Below are positions 11,135 through 21,584 of a DNA stretch of 64,000 nucleotides, in pieces (the first letter of the stretch is position 1; each line of letters opens with the position of its first letter). The notes under the pieces were generated by a model that was not told where the DNA came from, did not search any database, and saw only the letters and a program-made list of their open reading frames with translations. This stretch comes from Escherichia phage vB_EcoM_VR20: the sequence record NC_028894.1; one strand, 5' to 3'. The translations under genes were made by a program, and so were the position numbers.

Positions 11135-12418
11135 ATGCAAAAGATTAACGCACTAATTCACGAATCAACATTAACGGCGGCCAACCAGGTCGCCCGTCCT
11201 AATTTGCTTTCTTATACTCAGGCCACGAATAAACGAATTTTTAAAGCACTCGTGGCCGAACAGAAAACTACTCAGCCAGTTGCAGCGTTGTATGGTGTTC
11301 GTGTTCTGAACCCAGATGATAAAATGACATATCTTGGTGGAGCAACGTTTGCGGGTCAAATTGGTATGTTCGAGCGTAAGAATATTCCAGAATTTACAAA
11401 CAAAGACGAAGCTTATGCAGTCGGCGATATGTTCCAGTTTGAAAGTGTTGTGTTCAAAGTTTTGGAAGCATCACCATTCGCCGGGACTCTTGAAACTGAT
11501 TTGGGTGAAGTTATTTCTGAAGCCATTGCTGCTGGCCATATAAGAATGATGTCGGATGCGGCTTTCACTGATAAATTTGAACAAGGTCATCCTGAAATTG
11601 CTGAAGCCGGTTTCCGTATTGATAAATGGCAGACCGAAGTCAAATCCAGAAAGCTGAAAACTTCTTTAACGGTCGAGCTTGCACAGGACCTGGAAGCAAA
11701 CGGTTTCGATGCAACAGACTTCATTGATAATATTCTCGGTATTCAGATGGCAGAGGAAATTAATAAGGATGTACTGCAATCCCTTATTACTGTCAGTTCT
11801 CGCTTCAAGGTGCAAGGTGTTTCTGAAAAAGGTGTATTGAATCTAACTGACCCGAAATATGATAACGCTCAGGACCGTGCGCGAACCCTGTATTATTATA
11901 TGTGTGAAATGAACTCCGCAGTTCAACGTCAGACTTCGTTTGCTGGTACATATGCAGTCGCTTCTTCCCGGTGTGCAGCTATTTTAGCAGCTTCTGGTTG
12001 GGTTGAGAAAAAGGAAGACCAGGATGAATTAGCCTATGGCGTTCTGAAGAACGGTTTACCACTTTATGCAGATATGAATAGTCCATGTGATTATGTTATT
12101 GTTGGTGTAAATGCTGATATGGGTGAAGGTCAGACGGTCGCATCTTTGTATTATGCGCCTTATACGGAAGGACTTAGTGAAGTTGATGATGAGGGTGATA
12201 CCTCGGTCGGGGAATTCAAGGTTATTGTTGACCCTGAAAGCTTGCAGCCTACTGTTGCGCTATTAGCTCGTTATGCATTGACAGCGAACCCTTATACGGT
12301 TGCGAAAGATGATAAAGAAGCTCGCATTATTGATGGTGCTGATATGGATAAGATGGCCAACCAAAGCCAATTGAGTTCTTATCTTGGTGTTAAACTTCCA
12401 CCACTGGAAAAAGAATAA
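11135..12418 (+). CDS. second capsid vertex protein, tandem paralog of gene 24
   Basis: 427 aa; clearly homologous to the upstream gp24 over its whole length; starts right after the gene 24 stop with GAGG upstream. Confidence 0.9.
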   Translation: MQKINALIHESTLTAANQVARPNLLSYTQATNKRIFKALVAEQKTTQPVAALYGVRVLNPDDKMTYLGGATFAGQIGMFERKNIPEFTNKDEAYAVGDMFQFESVVFKVLEASPFAGTLETDLGEVISEAIAAGHIRMMSDAAFTDKFEQGHPEIAEAGFRIDKWQTEVKSRKLKTSLTVELAQDLEANGFDATDFIDNILGIQMAEEINKDVLQSLITVSSRFKVQGVSEKGVLNLTDPKYDNAQDRARTLYYYMCEMNSAVQRQTSFAGTYAVASSRCAAILAASGWVEKKEDQDELAYGVLKNGLPLYADMNSPCDYVIVGVNADMGEGQTVASLYYAPYTEGLSEVDDEGDTSVGEFKVIVDPESLQPTVALLARYALTANPYTVAKDDKEARIIDGADMDKMANQSQLSSYLGVKLPPLEKE

Positions 12419-12440
12419 GGGCCTTGCGGCCCTTTTTTAT
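12419..12440. terminator. terminator hairpin GGGCC-TTGC-GGCCC plus T-run
   Basis: Between convergent gp24 paralog and rnlB. Confidence 0.7.
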
Positions 12441-13444
12441 TCACTAATTAATGCAATCCAAACATGTCTTAATGTTTCTCTTACATTTGCGATGAGTTGC
12501 TTTTTAACTTCAACAGGATTTTCCGTCAGAGTCAATTCAAGGCCTTCGCGACCGGCTTCTTCCAGAATATCTTGGACCGTTAGCCCCATTACCTTTCCAA
12601 AATCCTTCGGTGATACTTCACCAATCTTACTGATAACATTATTGATGCGGTTAACAGTCACATAATCAGTGAAATTCCACAGTAAATCCATATCATTTTG
12701 GCTCAGAACCACTGCAGCCTTAATAGGCTTATCAGACTTTTTCTTTTCACTGAATTTAGAGTTCTTACATTTAATCGCTACGCGCTCGCCGTTAGGTAAC
12801 CATGCAGGAACATCAGGTTTTAATACAAATCCTTCAGCAGTGAATACTTTACCTTCCACCTTTGCATCAAAATCAGTGGTATTTGCTGTAGTCAAACCCG
12901 CGTTATCCACTGTAAAATTGTAATCAGGGACAACAGAATCCAGGTCATTAGGGAGCTTAATTAATTCTTCAAAACTACCTGTAGCCAGGCGCGGCGCAAC
13001 CTTAAACTTATGGATAATACAGAATGCTTCCATAAGGGTGTCAGTCAGGACAGATTCAGTCCCATCTTCTTTAGTAACGCGGATATCAAATACATAAAAA
13101 TCTTTATCACCGTAATCCACATTCTTCTGGATACCTGCCCCGGCAAACTCACCATAAATCTGGTATGCCTGGTAATTAATATCCTGCAAAAGTTTCTGCA
13201 CAGATTTAATAGAATCTGCATAGTTCTTTAATACAATTTCATAACCATAGAAATCTTCTGCAGGCAGGATAGGTCCAGTGCGTTTCGCACATGTCACATT
13301 GTCTTGTTCAATGATTAATGAAAAGTTGGTACCATGAATCTTCTCGCGAGCTACCCATTCACCGCTGGTGAAGCCTTGCAGGCGAATCTTTTCAATGAAC
13401 TTGTTGTTATAGTGATTTTCAAGGCTGTTGTATTTCTTAAACAT
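12437..13444 (-). CDS. rnlB: RNA ligase 2
   Basis: 335 aa; KIHGTN nucleotidyltransferase motif; close to T4 Rnl2. Confidence 0.95.
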   Translation of the reverse strand: MFKKYNSLENHYNNKFIEKIRLQGFTSGEWVAREKIHGTNFSLIIEQDNVTCAKRTGPILPAEDFYGYEIVLKNYADSIKSVQKLLQDINYQAYQIYGEFAGAGIQKNVDYGDKDFYVFDIRVTKEDGTESVLTDTLMEAFCIIHKFKVAPRLATGSFEELIKLPNDLDSVVPDYNFTVDNAGLTTANTTDFDAKVEGKVFTAEGFVLKPDVPAWLPNGERVAIKCKNSKFSEKKKSDKPIKAAVVLSQNDMDLLWNFTDYVTVNRINNVISKIGEVSPKDFGKVMGLTVQDILEEAGREGLELTLTENPVEVKKQLIANVRETLRHVWIALISE

Positions 13445-13540
13445 AATCTCTCACTTTTGATGTTATAAATATCATTATAAATTAGACCCACTATACTTTC
13501 TTTCTCTGAAAGGAATTAATAGTCACAAAGGGGTCTAGAA

Positions 13541-13575
13541 CCATTATACCACAATTTTATTTTAAGCAAAAAGGT
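13541..13575 (-). promoter_or_regulatory. middle-promoter-like element (GCTTAAA-N12-TATAAT, then GGTTCTAGACCC)
   Basis: Minus strand upstream of rnlB; same downstream block as the uvsY promoter. Confidence 0.45.
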
Positions 13576-13838
13576 CAGAATTTTACATACAATGTTGGTT
13601 TGCCTTCTTGCCAATCATAATTCCAGGTAAATGATGTAAATTTTTCTGCTCGCAGAAATTCAGATATCTTTGCGCGGTTTCCTTCTTCATACTCTTTTTC
13701 AGAAACTGCCATATTAACAAAATCTTTGCCATTTTGAGCAGCGGCAACTGCCACTTTACGGAATATAGCAATAAAATCATTTGCAACTTTATCTTGTGAC
13801 TCTTTTGCGATTTGACGTAGTTCTTCTGCAAATGTCAT
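13575..13838 (-). CDS. hypothetical protein, 87 aa (24.2/24.3 region)
   Basis: ORF in the T4 24.2/24.3 position. Confidence 0.6.
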   Translation of the reverse strand: MTFAEELRQIAKESQDKVANDFIAIFRKVAVAAAQNGKDFVNMAVSEKEYEEGNRAKISEFLRAEKFTSFTWNYDWQEGKPTLYVKF

Positions 13839-14038
13839 TTCTTCACCTTTTTGTTATTCAAACGTTTACGATAAACAATCTTTTCTTTTGCTTTAAATTT
13901 AGCTTTGGCCTGTTCTACATCAACCCAGGCCTTTGCCATTTCTTTAGCAGTCCCGCCTAATACCTTGGCGATTTCAATAAATGTCATACCAGATTCATGC
14001 AGAAAATGTACTTTAACCTTATCCATAATGATTCTCAT
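13835..14038 (-). CDS. hypothetical small basic protein, 67 aa
   Basis: ORF with a lysine-rich C-terminus; coupled to the downstream ORF. Confidence 0.55.
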   Translation of the reverse strand: MRIIMDKVKVHFLHESGMTFIEIAKVLGGTAKEMAKAWVDVEQAKAKFKAKEKIVYRKRLNNKKVKK

Positions 14039-14130
14039 GTTGAGTTAGTGAAGCTATCTTAACATGGAATTTTTAACTTGTAAACAGGGTTTTTATGCCA
14101 GGCAACGTTTGTACAGTACCATAAAAACAA

Positions 14131-14151
14131 AGGGACCCGAAGGTCCCTTTT
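14131..14151 (-). terminator. terminator hairpin AGGGACC-CGAA-GGTCCCT plus T-run
   Basis: Immediately downstream of hoc on the minus strand. Confidence 0.7.
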
Positions 14152-14154
14152 TAA

Positions 14155-15288
14155 TTAATAAACGTAATCGTATATAATACCAGCTTCTAAAGCGGTGCGA
14201 TGAATAATTCGACCATTACGAGATTCTTGTACATCAACCTCTGGATAGTCGGTAATCATTTTTTGAAGGGTATATCGGTGCAAATAATACGGGCTATCTG
14301 GAGCATCAGTTTTCCAGTCTTGCCCAGCAAGAGTCATTTTCTGAATTTCGTCCATAACCCACCAACCACACCAGATATAAGCTGAATTACGAACTGGCAG
14401 CGGATGAACGTAAGGTAGTTCACCCTCTGGTTCAGGTGCGACTTTAGCGGTGACTGTTACATTACCAGTTTTTGTTACCGTCACTGGGTTATAATCAGTC
14501 GCCGAAACCACAACAGAAACTTCAATAACCTGTGAACCTTCGGCGCTTGTATCGATTACCAGAGTATCCGTGGTGCCATCTACAGGAGAACCATCTTTCT
14601 TCCAAGAATAAGCAAAAGTAGCTCCACTCGGCGCGCCGACTACATCCGCTTTAAAAGAAGCTGGAGTACCTTCAGAGACAGTAATAGAAGCAGGCGTTAA
14701 AGTAACAGAAACACCCGACATAGTTTTCTTAACAAACGTTACCTCAGCTCCTTTAGTTGCGGTGCCATTATTATAATCGGGTGCAGAAACAGTAACTTCG
14801 CAGTTCAATGTATAATTTGCTTCTGCTGATTCGGTAACAGTAATAGTTTCACCAGTTTGACCTGGGATTACGCTAGTGTTACGTTTCCAAACATAAGCAA
14901 TTGTTGCACCAGAAGGAGCACCTGTCACGTTAGCAGTAACAACTTGAGATTGCCCTATTTCTTTAGTAACAGAGGCCGGGTCTAAAGTCAGCGTGATTGC
15001 CGGCATTGTTTTATTCTGGATAGTTAAAGTTGTTTCAGCTTCAGCAGTTTCCGGTTCCCCGTCTGCCGGAGTGGTGGTTGCAACAACTTTAATAGTCTTA
15101 CTGCCTGCTGGACCAACAGCGACATAATCCATTGCAGCAGTCACAGAAGATTGAGGAACGCCATCAACGGTCCAGACAAATGATTCGGTACCTTCAGCTG
15201 CAGCGCCAGCGCCGGTTGCAGTGAAATTGGTTGTTGCTCCAATAACGGCCGTAGCCGCCAAAGGAGCAATAGTTACGGTATAAGCCAT
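14155..15288 (-). CDS. hoc: highly immunogenic outer capsid protein
   Basis: 377 aa; C-terminus PYVHPLP...CGWWVMDEIQKMT matches T4 Hoc. Confidence 0.95.
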   Translation of the reverse strand: MAYTVTIAPLAATAVIGATTNFTATGAGAAAEGTESFVWTVDGVPQSSVTAAMDYVAVGPAGSKTIKVVATTTPADGEPETAEAETTLTIQNKTMPAITLTLDPASVTKEIGQSQVVTANVTGAPSGATIAYVWKRNTSVIPGQTGETITVTESAEANYTLNCEVTVSAPDYNNGTATKGAEVTFVKKTMSGVSVTLTPASITVSEGTPASFKADVVGAPSGATFAYSWKKDGSPVDGTTDTLVIDTSAEGSQVIEVSVVVSATDYNPVTVTKTGNVTVTAKVAPEPEGELPYVHPLPVRNSAYIWCGWWVMDEIQKMTLAGQDWKTDAPDSPYYLHRYTLQKMITDYPEVDVQESRNGRIIHRTALEAGIIYDYVY

Positions 15289-15297
15289 AATAAACCC

Positions 15298-15963
15298 TTA
15301 TTTTAAAGTGACAAAAGATGAGTTACGAGTTTCTCGTACTAGAACAGACCCATTACGATTAATGTAATAAATCAAACTGAATAGAGTTTGGTGCGCGGTG
15401 GGATGTGGGAAAGCAGTTGGACGTTCTTTCCAATCTGGAGTCTCGGCAATCCACTGATAAATCCACCATGGAACAGTACAGAATCCAGGGTTCTTACCAA
15501 TAAGCATAAGATTTGGGCTAAAGTTTTTTGGCAGAGCAAATACAGGTTTTTCAGATTCGATAACCTTAGCAACAGCTGCTTCGAACTTTTCTTCGACAAA
15601 CGGAACGTCCTCTTCGACCACAACAACTGGTTCTTCGATTTCAACAACTTCAACCTTTGCTTCGGTTGGAGCATCAAATAAGAGCTTAGCTTCTTCTTTA
15701 GCTGACTCATCGCCATCAAATTTAGCACCTGACAATTCATCATCGGCATCGATAAGGTCAGTGATGCTCAAGCCTTCATTATCATCAGGCATAGGCATGT
15801 CAGCAAATGCTTTAAGTCCTGCTTCCAGGTCAGCCAACATATTATCAAAGGTTTTTGTTTTCTTAACATCAACACCAAGTGATGCTGCATATTCGGCTAA
15901 TTTTTCTTTGGCTTCTTTTTTCTCGAGGACACGAATTTCCTCAATGTAGTTCTTGTCAATCAT
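15298..15963 (-). CDS. inh: inhibitor of prohead protease
   Basis: 221 aa; T4 position between hoc and uvsW. Confidence 0.75.
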   Translation of the reverse strand: MIDKNYIEEIRVLEKKEAKEKLAEYAASLGVDVKKTKTFDNMLADLEAGLKAFADMPMPDDNEGLSITDLIDADDELSGAKFDGDESAKEEAKLLFDAPTEAKVEVVEIEEPVVVVEEDVPFVEEKFEAAVAKVIESEKPVFALPKNFSPNLMLIGKNPGFCTVPWWIYQWIAETPDWKERPTAFPHPTAHQTLFSLIYYINRNGSVLVRETRNSSFVTLK

Positions 15964-15981
15964 GATGAACCTCGGTTAGTG

Positions 15982-15989
15982 TATAAATA
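15982..15989 (+). promoter_or_regulatory. late promoter TATAAATA upstream of uvsW
   Basis: Exact box about 30 nt before the uvsW ATG. Confidence 0.65.
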
Positions 15990-16017
15990 TAGATATATTT
16001 ATTACCTTGGAATCATC

Positions 16018-17517
16018 ATGGATATTAAAATCAACTTTCTAAATTTTAGTCACGTGCATGTTGAATGTGAAGATGGAATCTTCTACGAACTCCGTGATTA
16101 CTTCAGCTTCGAAGCTGAAAACTATCGCTTCAATCCAAAGTTCAAGCAGGGAGTTTGGGACGGACGAATCCGCCTCCTGGATTACAATCGTAAATTACCA
16201 TACGGTTTGGTTAATCAAATTAAAAAGTTCGCTGACCAGTTTGGTTATTCATTCTGGATTGACCCGCAAATCACCGAGAAAGAAGAAATCTCTCGCGAAG
16301 AATTCGACAAATGGGTCGAGTCAAAAGAAATCTATTCAGGCAATACCAAGATAACGCCCCATTGGTATCAATCTGACGCCGTATATGATGGTCTGGTCAA
16401 CAGAAGAAAGATTCTGAACTTACCTACGTCTGCGGGTAAAAGCCTCATCCAGGCGCTTCTGGCGCGATATTATCTCGAGAACTATGAAGGCAAGGTTCTT
16501 ATCCTTGTTCCTACAACTGCCCTTGTCGACCAGATGATTAATGACTTTGTTGATTATCGGCTTTTCCCTCGTGCAGCTTGTCTGGGTATTCGTTCCGGGA
16601 CTAAACGCGATTCTGATGCGATGATTTATGTATCGACTTATCAGACGGCTGTAAAACAACCTAAAGAATGGTTTGAACAGTTTGGCCAGTTTATGAATGA
16701 CGAATGCCACATGGCTACAGGTAAATCGATTTCGACGGTTATCGAAGGCCTTACGAATTGCATGTTTAAATTTGGTTTGTCAGGTTCACTCCGTGATGGC
16801 AAAGCCAACCTTATGCAATATATGGGTCTGTTTGGTGATATCTTTAAACCAGTATCAACATCTAAATTAATGGAAGATGGCCAGGTTACTGACCTTAAAA
16901 TAAATAGTATTTTCCTTCGTTACCCTGACGAATTCACCGTTAAAATGAAAGGTAAAACTTATCAGGATGAAATCAAGGTAATTACAAAAGCTACACGCAG
17001 AAATAAATGGGTAACAAACCTTGCACTCAAGCTTTCTAAAAAAGATGAAAACGTCTTTTTGATGTTTAAGAATATCGAGCATGGTAAATCGATGTTTGAA
17101 ATGATTAAAGAAGCTGGTCATGAGAAAGTGTATTATGTTTCCGGGGAAGTTGATACCGAAACCCGTAATGCTCTGAAGGTCATGGCAGAGAATGGAAAGG
17201 GAATTATTGTTGTAGCTTCATATGGTGTATTCTCAACGGGGATTTCCGTTAAAAACCTCCATCATATTATTTTCGCTCACCCGGTCAAGTCAAAGGTAAT
17301 TGTACTCCAGACAATTGGCCGCGTGCTTCGAAAACATGAATCCAAATCGACCGCAAACGTGTGGGACATTGTGGATGATATGGGGGTCAAACCCAAATCA
17401 GCAAACGCTAAAAAGAAATATGTTCATATTAACTTTGCGCTTAAACATGCACTAGAACGTATTCAGCGGTATGCAGACGAAAAATTCAATTATGTAATTA
17501 AACAGGTGGAAATATAA
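16018..17517 (+). CDS. uvsW: RecG-like DNA/RNA helicase UvsW
   Basis: Start at MDIKINF as in T4 UvsW; GKS and DECH helicase motifs. Confidence 0.95.
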   Translation: MDIKINFLNFSHVHVECEDGIFYELRDYFSFEAENYRFNPKFKQGVWDGRIRLLDYNRKLPYGLVNQIKKFADQFGYSFWIDPQITEKEEISREEFDKWVESKEIYSGNTKITPHWYQSDAVYDGLVNRRKILNLPTSAGKSLIQALLARYYLENYEGKVLILVPTTALVDQMINDFVDYRLFPRAACLGIRSGTKRDSDAMIYVSTYQTAVKQPKEWFEQFGQFMNDECHMATGKSISTVIEGLTNCMFKFGLSGSLRDGKANLMQYMGLFGDIFKPVSTSKLMEDGQVTDLKINSIFLRYPDEFTVKMKGKTYQDEIKVITKATRRNKWVTNLALKLSKKDENVFLMFKNIEHGKSMFEMIKEAGHEKVYYVSGEVDTETRNALKVMAENGKGIIVVASYGVFSTGISVKNLHHIIFAHPVKSKVIVLQTIGRVLRKHESKSTANVWDIVDDMGVKPKSANAKKKYVHINFALKHALERIQRYADEKFNYVIKQVEI

Positions 17518-17744
17518 TGAAATCCTTCGAAGAAATTATGTACGAAGCATCAATTGAAGGCTTTATGGCTAAGATTGGTTCCTGTCAGACCATGGACGGT
17601 CTGAAGGAGTTGGAAGGCTATTATAAGAAACGCAGCAAAGAAGCTGAACTGAAAGATTCCGATGATATCAGTGTTCGCGATGCTCTTGCCGGTAAACGCG
17701 CCGAGCTTGAGGATATGGACGACGAAGAAGACGAAGATTTCTAA
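17517..17744 (+). CDS. uvsW.1: UvsW.1, small acidic protein
   Basis: 75 aa ORF coupled to uvsW. Confidence 0.75.
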   Translation: MKSFEEIMYEASIEGFMAKIGSCQTMDGLKELEGYYKKRSKEAELKDSDDISVRDALAGKRAELEDMDDEEDEDF

Positions 17745-17801
17745 ATAAAAAGGCCCCAACCAAAAGGAAGGGGCAAAACCAAAAATGGTTAACAACACTA
17801 G

Positions 17802-17969
17802 CTAAATTAAAAGTTGGGTCTCGTTCAGTTGCTCTTCTGTATTTTCCGTAACTGGCAAACTCTGAACATAATTATAACAGGCGCCCGGATGCACCGGACC
17901 TTGGTCTGTATCCACAACCAATGCAGAATCGATTGGAGTTTTACAGACAACACAAATCTTATCTGACAT
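17802..17969 (-). CDS. hypothetical Cys-containing small protein, 55 aa (uvsY.-2 position)
   Basis: Hand-translated minus ORF MSDKICVVCK... with GAGGAG before the ATG. Confidence 0.45.
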   Translation of the reverse strand: MSDKICVVCKTPIDSALVVDTDQGPVHPGACYNYVQSLPVTENTEEQLNETQLLI

Positions 17970-17997
17970 GATTGTCTCCTCAGTTAAACTTACATAT

Positions 17998-18114
17998 CTA
18001 TTTAGTGCTCTTCATAATAGCAGCACGAGCTTTCATCTCGTTAACAATTTCAGTTATTCGGTTTGCAGAGATAACCATCTCGTCGAGAATCTTACTAATA
18101 TTCTGTTTCATCAT
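17998..18114 (-). CDS. hypothetical small protein, 38 aa (uvsY.-1 position)
   Basis: Hand-translated ORF whose ATG overlaps the uvsY stop. Confidence 0.35.
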   Translation of the reverse strand: MMKQNISKILDEMVISANRITEIVNEMKARAAIMKSTK

Positions 18115-18545
18115 TTACCTGCCTCGAATTGTCTTATTTCTAACATATGTTTAAGTGCGAAACTTCGTGACTTAACACCATCTAATGCAGCGCTACAGAA
18201 GTCCTGGAGCAGTGCCCAATACTGAATTGAAGTATCAATCTTCAACACGCTTGAATCTGCGGCCATGACTGTTTTCAATTCTGACTTCTCGTATACATCC
18301 ATGCATACTTCTTCCCCTGGGTCACCCCTTCCCGTATAATGGTCTAGTCGTTTTTTCAGTGCAGTTTTCTTCTGAATCTCAAGACGCATTATTTCTTTCT
18401 TGCAGTTGGTATACAATCTCAACCATTTGCTATGCAACAAAACGTTGTTTTGTGTTTCATATTGAAGTTGTGTACCATCAATTTTTAAATCTGCATCTAA
18501 CTCGTCCTGAAATACTTCTAACTTATATTCAATCTCTTTTTTCAT
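18111..18545 (-). CDS. uvsY: recombination mediator UvsY
   Basis: C-terminus matches T4 UvsY; start set at MKKEIEY because the upstream in-frame ATG lies inside the promoter -10. Confidence 0.9.
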   Translation of the reverse strand: MKKEIEYKLEVFQDELDADLKIDGTQLQYETQNNVLLHSKWLRLYTNCKKEIMRLEIQKKTALKKRLDHYTGRGDPGEEVCMDVYEKSELKTVMAADSSVLKIDTSIQYWALLQDFCSAALDGVKSRSFALKHMLEIRQFEAGK

Positions 18546-18562
18546 AATGTATCCAATGTAAG

Positions 18563-18600
18563 GGTCTAGAACCATTATACAGCCATAAAATTAAAGCATT
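18563..18600 (-). promoter_or_regulatory. MotA-type middle promoter for uvsY (GCTTTA-N12-TATAAT)
   Basis: Minus strand GCTTTAATTTTATGGCTGTATAATGGTTCTAGACCC; uvsY is a middle gene in T4. Confidence 0.55.
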
Positions 18601-18988
18601 AACCGTTTTGACTTAGCTGAATCCTGATTTGTTCGAGGGTATCAGGGTCATCAACAATGCTGAACTGAACCGTTACGATAATGGAGTTATCATCATACAT
18701 AGGGACAACTGCAACCTGTAGATTGCTTATCCTTGGTTCGAAGTTCCGCACCGCGGAGACGATGTTGCGTTTAATGGTATCTGTGATTAATGGAGTGATA
18801 TTCTCAAAAAGCTGATTACTTATATCACATCCAAATTCAGGCATAAAAGGCCTTGACCCTTTTCTTGTGGTGATTATTCCCAGAAGACTGTTCTTAACAG
18901 ACCTTGCACCGGTTACTTTAGCAACGTCTTTATCCCAACTCATTGACAAGTCAGGAGACACATCGCTATACATTTTGTTTATATTCAT
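18599..18988 (-). CDS. 25: baseplate wedge protein
   Basis: 129 aa; T4 gp25-like. Confidence 0.9.
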   Translation of the reverse strand: MNINKMYSDVSPDLSMSWDKDVAKVTGARSVKNSLLGIITTRKGSRPFMPEFGCDISNQLFENITPLITDTIKRNIVSAVRNFEPRISNLQVAVVPMYDDNSIIVTVQFSIVDDPDTLEQIRIQLSQNG

Positions 18989-19612
18989 TTACATAAACTT
19001 AAAGAATTCTTTAAGCCCCTTAATTACATGGACAGAATGCGCTCCACACTCGCAAGAGATAGGAATAGCCATTTGGACCTGTGGCTTGAGAAGTTCTTCC
19101 GTTAGTGCATTTATATCATCGAGGGTAATTGCATTGTACAGGTCCTCGATTTCGGCTTCATTTAAGTCATCAACAACGATGCGCTCACCGCCTTCCGTGA
19201 TAATATATTCGATACAACAAGCAATCATTTTTCCTTTATCGCCATCTTCAAACAGTCCCGGATAACGGAATTTAATTTTAAACGCCCCGAAATCACGAAT
19301 AACCTCAGACTCATCCACGATGCTTGCACGACTTATAGTCACAGGAATATCTTGTTCCTTTCCACACTCGCATACCCATGTATGCTCGACGTTAACAGCT
19401 CCGAGACTATTTGCCCAGAGATTAATAAGAAGCAGTTCAGCTTCCTGTTTGTTTAACCCTTTAGCATCAGTGCATTTATTAAGCAGTTCAATTATTGCGG
19501 GTTCCATACGCTTTTCTAATTTTGCCTGAAGCAAATCTTTGTATTCGCGCAAGGTAAAAGCCCTACAATTTATAGTTTTATTTTTAATTTGGACAATAAA
19601 TTCATAAGTCAT
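18989..19612 (-). CDS. 26: baseplate hub protein
   Basis: Start at MTYEF preceded by AGGAG; 207 aa against 208 in T4. Confidence 0.85.
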   Translation of the reverse strand: MTYEFIVQIKNKTINCRAFTLREYKDLLQAKLEKRMEPAIIELLNKCTDAKGLNKQEAELLLINLWANSLGAVNVEHTWVCECGKEQDIPVTISRASIVDESEVIRDFGAFKIKFRYPGLFEDGDKGKMIACCIEYIITEGGERIVVDDLNEAEIEDLYNAITLDDINALTEELLKPQVQMAIPISCECGAHSVHVIKGLKEFFKFM

Positions 19613-19629
19613 AATTTGCTCCTTTACTG

Positions 19630-19641
19630 TATTTATAAATA
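19630..19641. promoter_or_regulatory. divergent late promoters in the palindrome TATTTATAAATA (26 on minus, 51 on plus)
   Basis: TATAAATA reads on both strands. Confidence 0.6.
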
Positions 19642-19665
19642 TCAATAAAGATAAAAGGGGATTCT

Positions 19666-20418
19666 ATGGCCAATATCGTAAGATGTGAAATGCCAGACGG
19701 AGTTCATCGTTTCAAACCGTTTACAGTCGCTGATTACCGTGATTTACTGCTTGTGCGGAATGACATGAACAACAAACCCGTCGAAGAACAAAAACAATTA
19801 TTAGACGAACTGTTGGAAGATTATTTTGGAGAGTATCCGAAAGCATGGAGACCTTACATATTCCTGAAGGTATTCACTTCCTCTATCGGTAAGACAAAAG
19901 TCCCGGTAGCGTTCGAATGTCAAAAATGTAAAAAAACAAAGCAGACTTTGTTTAACATGAGTCAAGGTCCATTGATAAATCCAACGATGGAAACTGCAGG
20001 GATAAAAATACAATTTAAGTTCCCTGAAATGGAATATAAAGATAAGTCGGAGCTTGTTCTAAACACCATCCAGACTGTCGAAGACTCAGAACAAAAGTAC
20101 AATTGGGAAGACCTTCCTGAAGAAACGAAGATGCAGGTTATTGATGCCATTGATATAGAGAGTCTCGAAGAGCTCCTTAAGAAAATGCATTCAGTTTATA
20201 TTCCATTTACATATGGTTGCTGCGAAAAACACAAAACCGAATATACAGACTTGATTGATGTCTTTAAGCTTATCCTTAACCCGGATGAAGTCTTTGTATT
20301 TTATCAAATTAACCACTTGCTGGTAAAGAACCAATATACGCTCGATAGCATCATGCACATGATTCCCATCGAACGAGGTATTGCTTTATCGTTAGTTGAG
20401 AAGGACTTGAAAAAATGA
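19666..20418 (+). CDS. 51: baseplate hub assembly protein
   Basis: 250 aa; synteny. Confidence 0.85.
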   Translation: MANIVRCEMPDGVHRFKPFTVADYRDLLLVRNDMNNKPVEEQKQLLDELLEDYFGEYPKAWRPYIFLKVFTSSIGKTKVPVAFECQKCKKTKQTLFNMSQGPLINPTMETAGIKIQFKFPEMEYKDKSELVLNTIQTVEDSEQKYNWEDLPEETKMQVIDAIDIESLEELLKKMHSVYIPFTYGCCEKHKTEYTDLIDVFKLILNPDEVFVFYQINHLLVKNQYTLDSIMHMIPIERGIALSLVEKDLKK

Positions 20419-21584
20419 CAGCTAAATCTATGCAGCGTGAAGGCTTTCCTAATATCAGCATACGCCTTTACGAAGATTATGATGCCTGGCTCGAACACCG
20501 TTTTGTAGAACTGGCTGCAACATTTACAACCATGACCATGCGTGATTCTCTTTACGGAAGAAACGAAGGCCTGTTGCAATTCTACGACACAAAGAACTTG
20601 CATACAAAAATGAACGGTGAACAAATTATACAAGTCTCCGTTAAGAATGCCAACTCAGACCGAACCCAATCCAGGATATACGGAAGTAAGCACTTTGCTG
20701 TTTCCGTGGATTCAAAGGGTGATAACATAATTACAATTCAGCTGGCACCGATTCATGAAATTGAAGACCTGAAATTTAGTCGTATGTTTTATCCGAGTGT
20801 GCAAGAAACATTGGTCGAAATGACCGGGGTAATTTATCAGGACAGACCTTTGCTTGCTCCTCCGATAAACGGTATAAACGTTTATGCTCCTAATGTTCCA
20901 TGGTGTGATTCGATGAGCCAATACATGGAATTCATTAGGGAAGTTGGGCTTGCAGTTGAATCTGATAAATTTGTATTTGTATGGCAGGATATCGACGGCA
21001 TAAGTATCCAGGATTATGAATGGTTAACTACACAAGAACCAATTAATTTTGTAGTAGGGGAACCTCGATTGGTTGGTCAGTTTGTACAAAACCTCGAGAC
21101 TCCATTGGCATTCGATTTCGAATGGTTAACAAAGGCAAACCAACACACAAGAAAACCATACGAAAACGCAACCGTGTACGCACATTCATTCCTTGATAAG
21201 AACGCAACCAGAATAACTTTTGGGGAAGGACAAAACAGCATTCTGGTATCTCGTTCCGGTGGCTATTCGGATTACACATATCGAAATGGTTTCGAGGAAG
21301 CACAACGATTAATAACCATGTCACAATATGACGGTTATGCGCATTGCAAAACATACGGGAACTTTGAATTAACTCCGGGCGATAAGATAAATTTCTATGA
21401 CCCGAAGAACCAATTCAAATATGATTTTTACGTAGACGAAGTTATTCATGAAGTGAGTAACAATACATCAATTACAAACCTCTATATGTTTACCAATGGT
21501 AAGCCTATCGAAGTTGAAGAACCACCGAAGGTTAAAAATGAACTTAAAACTGATTCTGCCGACGAAGAAAATACAGCTGGGTGA
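20415..21584 (+). CDS. 27: baseplate hub protein
   Basis: 389 aa; synteny. Confidence 0.9.
   Translation: MTAKSMQREGFPNISIRLYEDYDAWLEHRFVELAATFTTMTMRDSLYGRNEGLLQFYDTKNLHTKMNGEQIIQVSVKNANSDRTQSRIYGSKHFAVSVDSKGDNIITIQLAPIHEIEDLKFSRMFYPSVQETLVEMTGVIYQDRPLLAPPINGINVYAPNVPWCDSMSQYMEFIREVGLAVESDKFVFVWQDIDGISIQDYEWLTTQEPINFVVGEPRLVGQFVQNLETPLAFDFEWLTKANQHTRKPYENATVYAHSFLDKNATRITFGEGQNSILVSRSGGYSDYTYRNGFEEAQRLITMSQYDGYAHCKTYGNFELTPGDKINFYDPKNQFKYDFYVDEVIHEVSNNTSITNLYMFTNGKPIEVEEPPKVKNELKTDSADEENTAG

Noticed and set aside
13465-13472. Plus-strand TATAAATA between rnlB and the downstream small ORFs
   Set aside because: All nearby genes are on the minus strand with no plus-strand gene for about 2.5 kb; probably a chance match in AT-rich promoter DNA.
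18546-18575. Longer UvsY start (MVLDPYIGYIM...) from the ORF track
   Set aside because: That ATG lies inside the TATAAT of the uvsY promoter, so it would not be in the transcript; the MKKEIEY start matches the T4 UvsY length.
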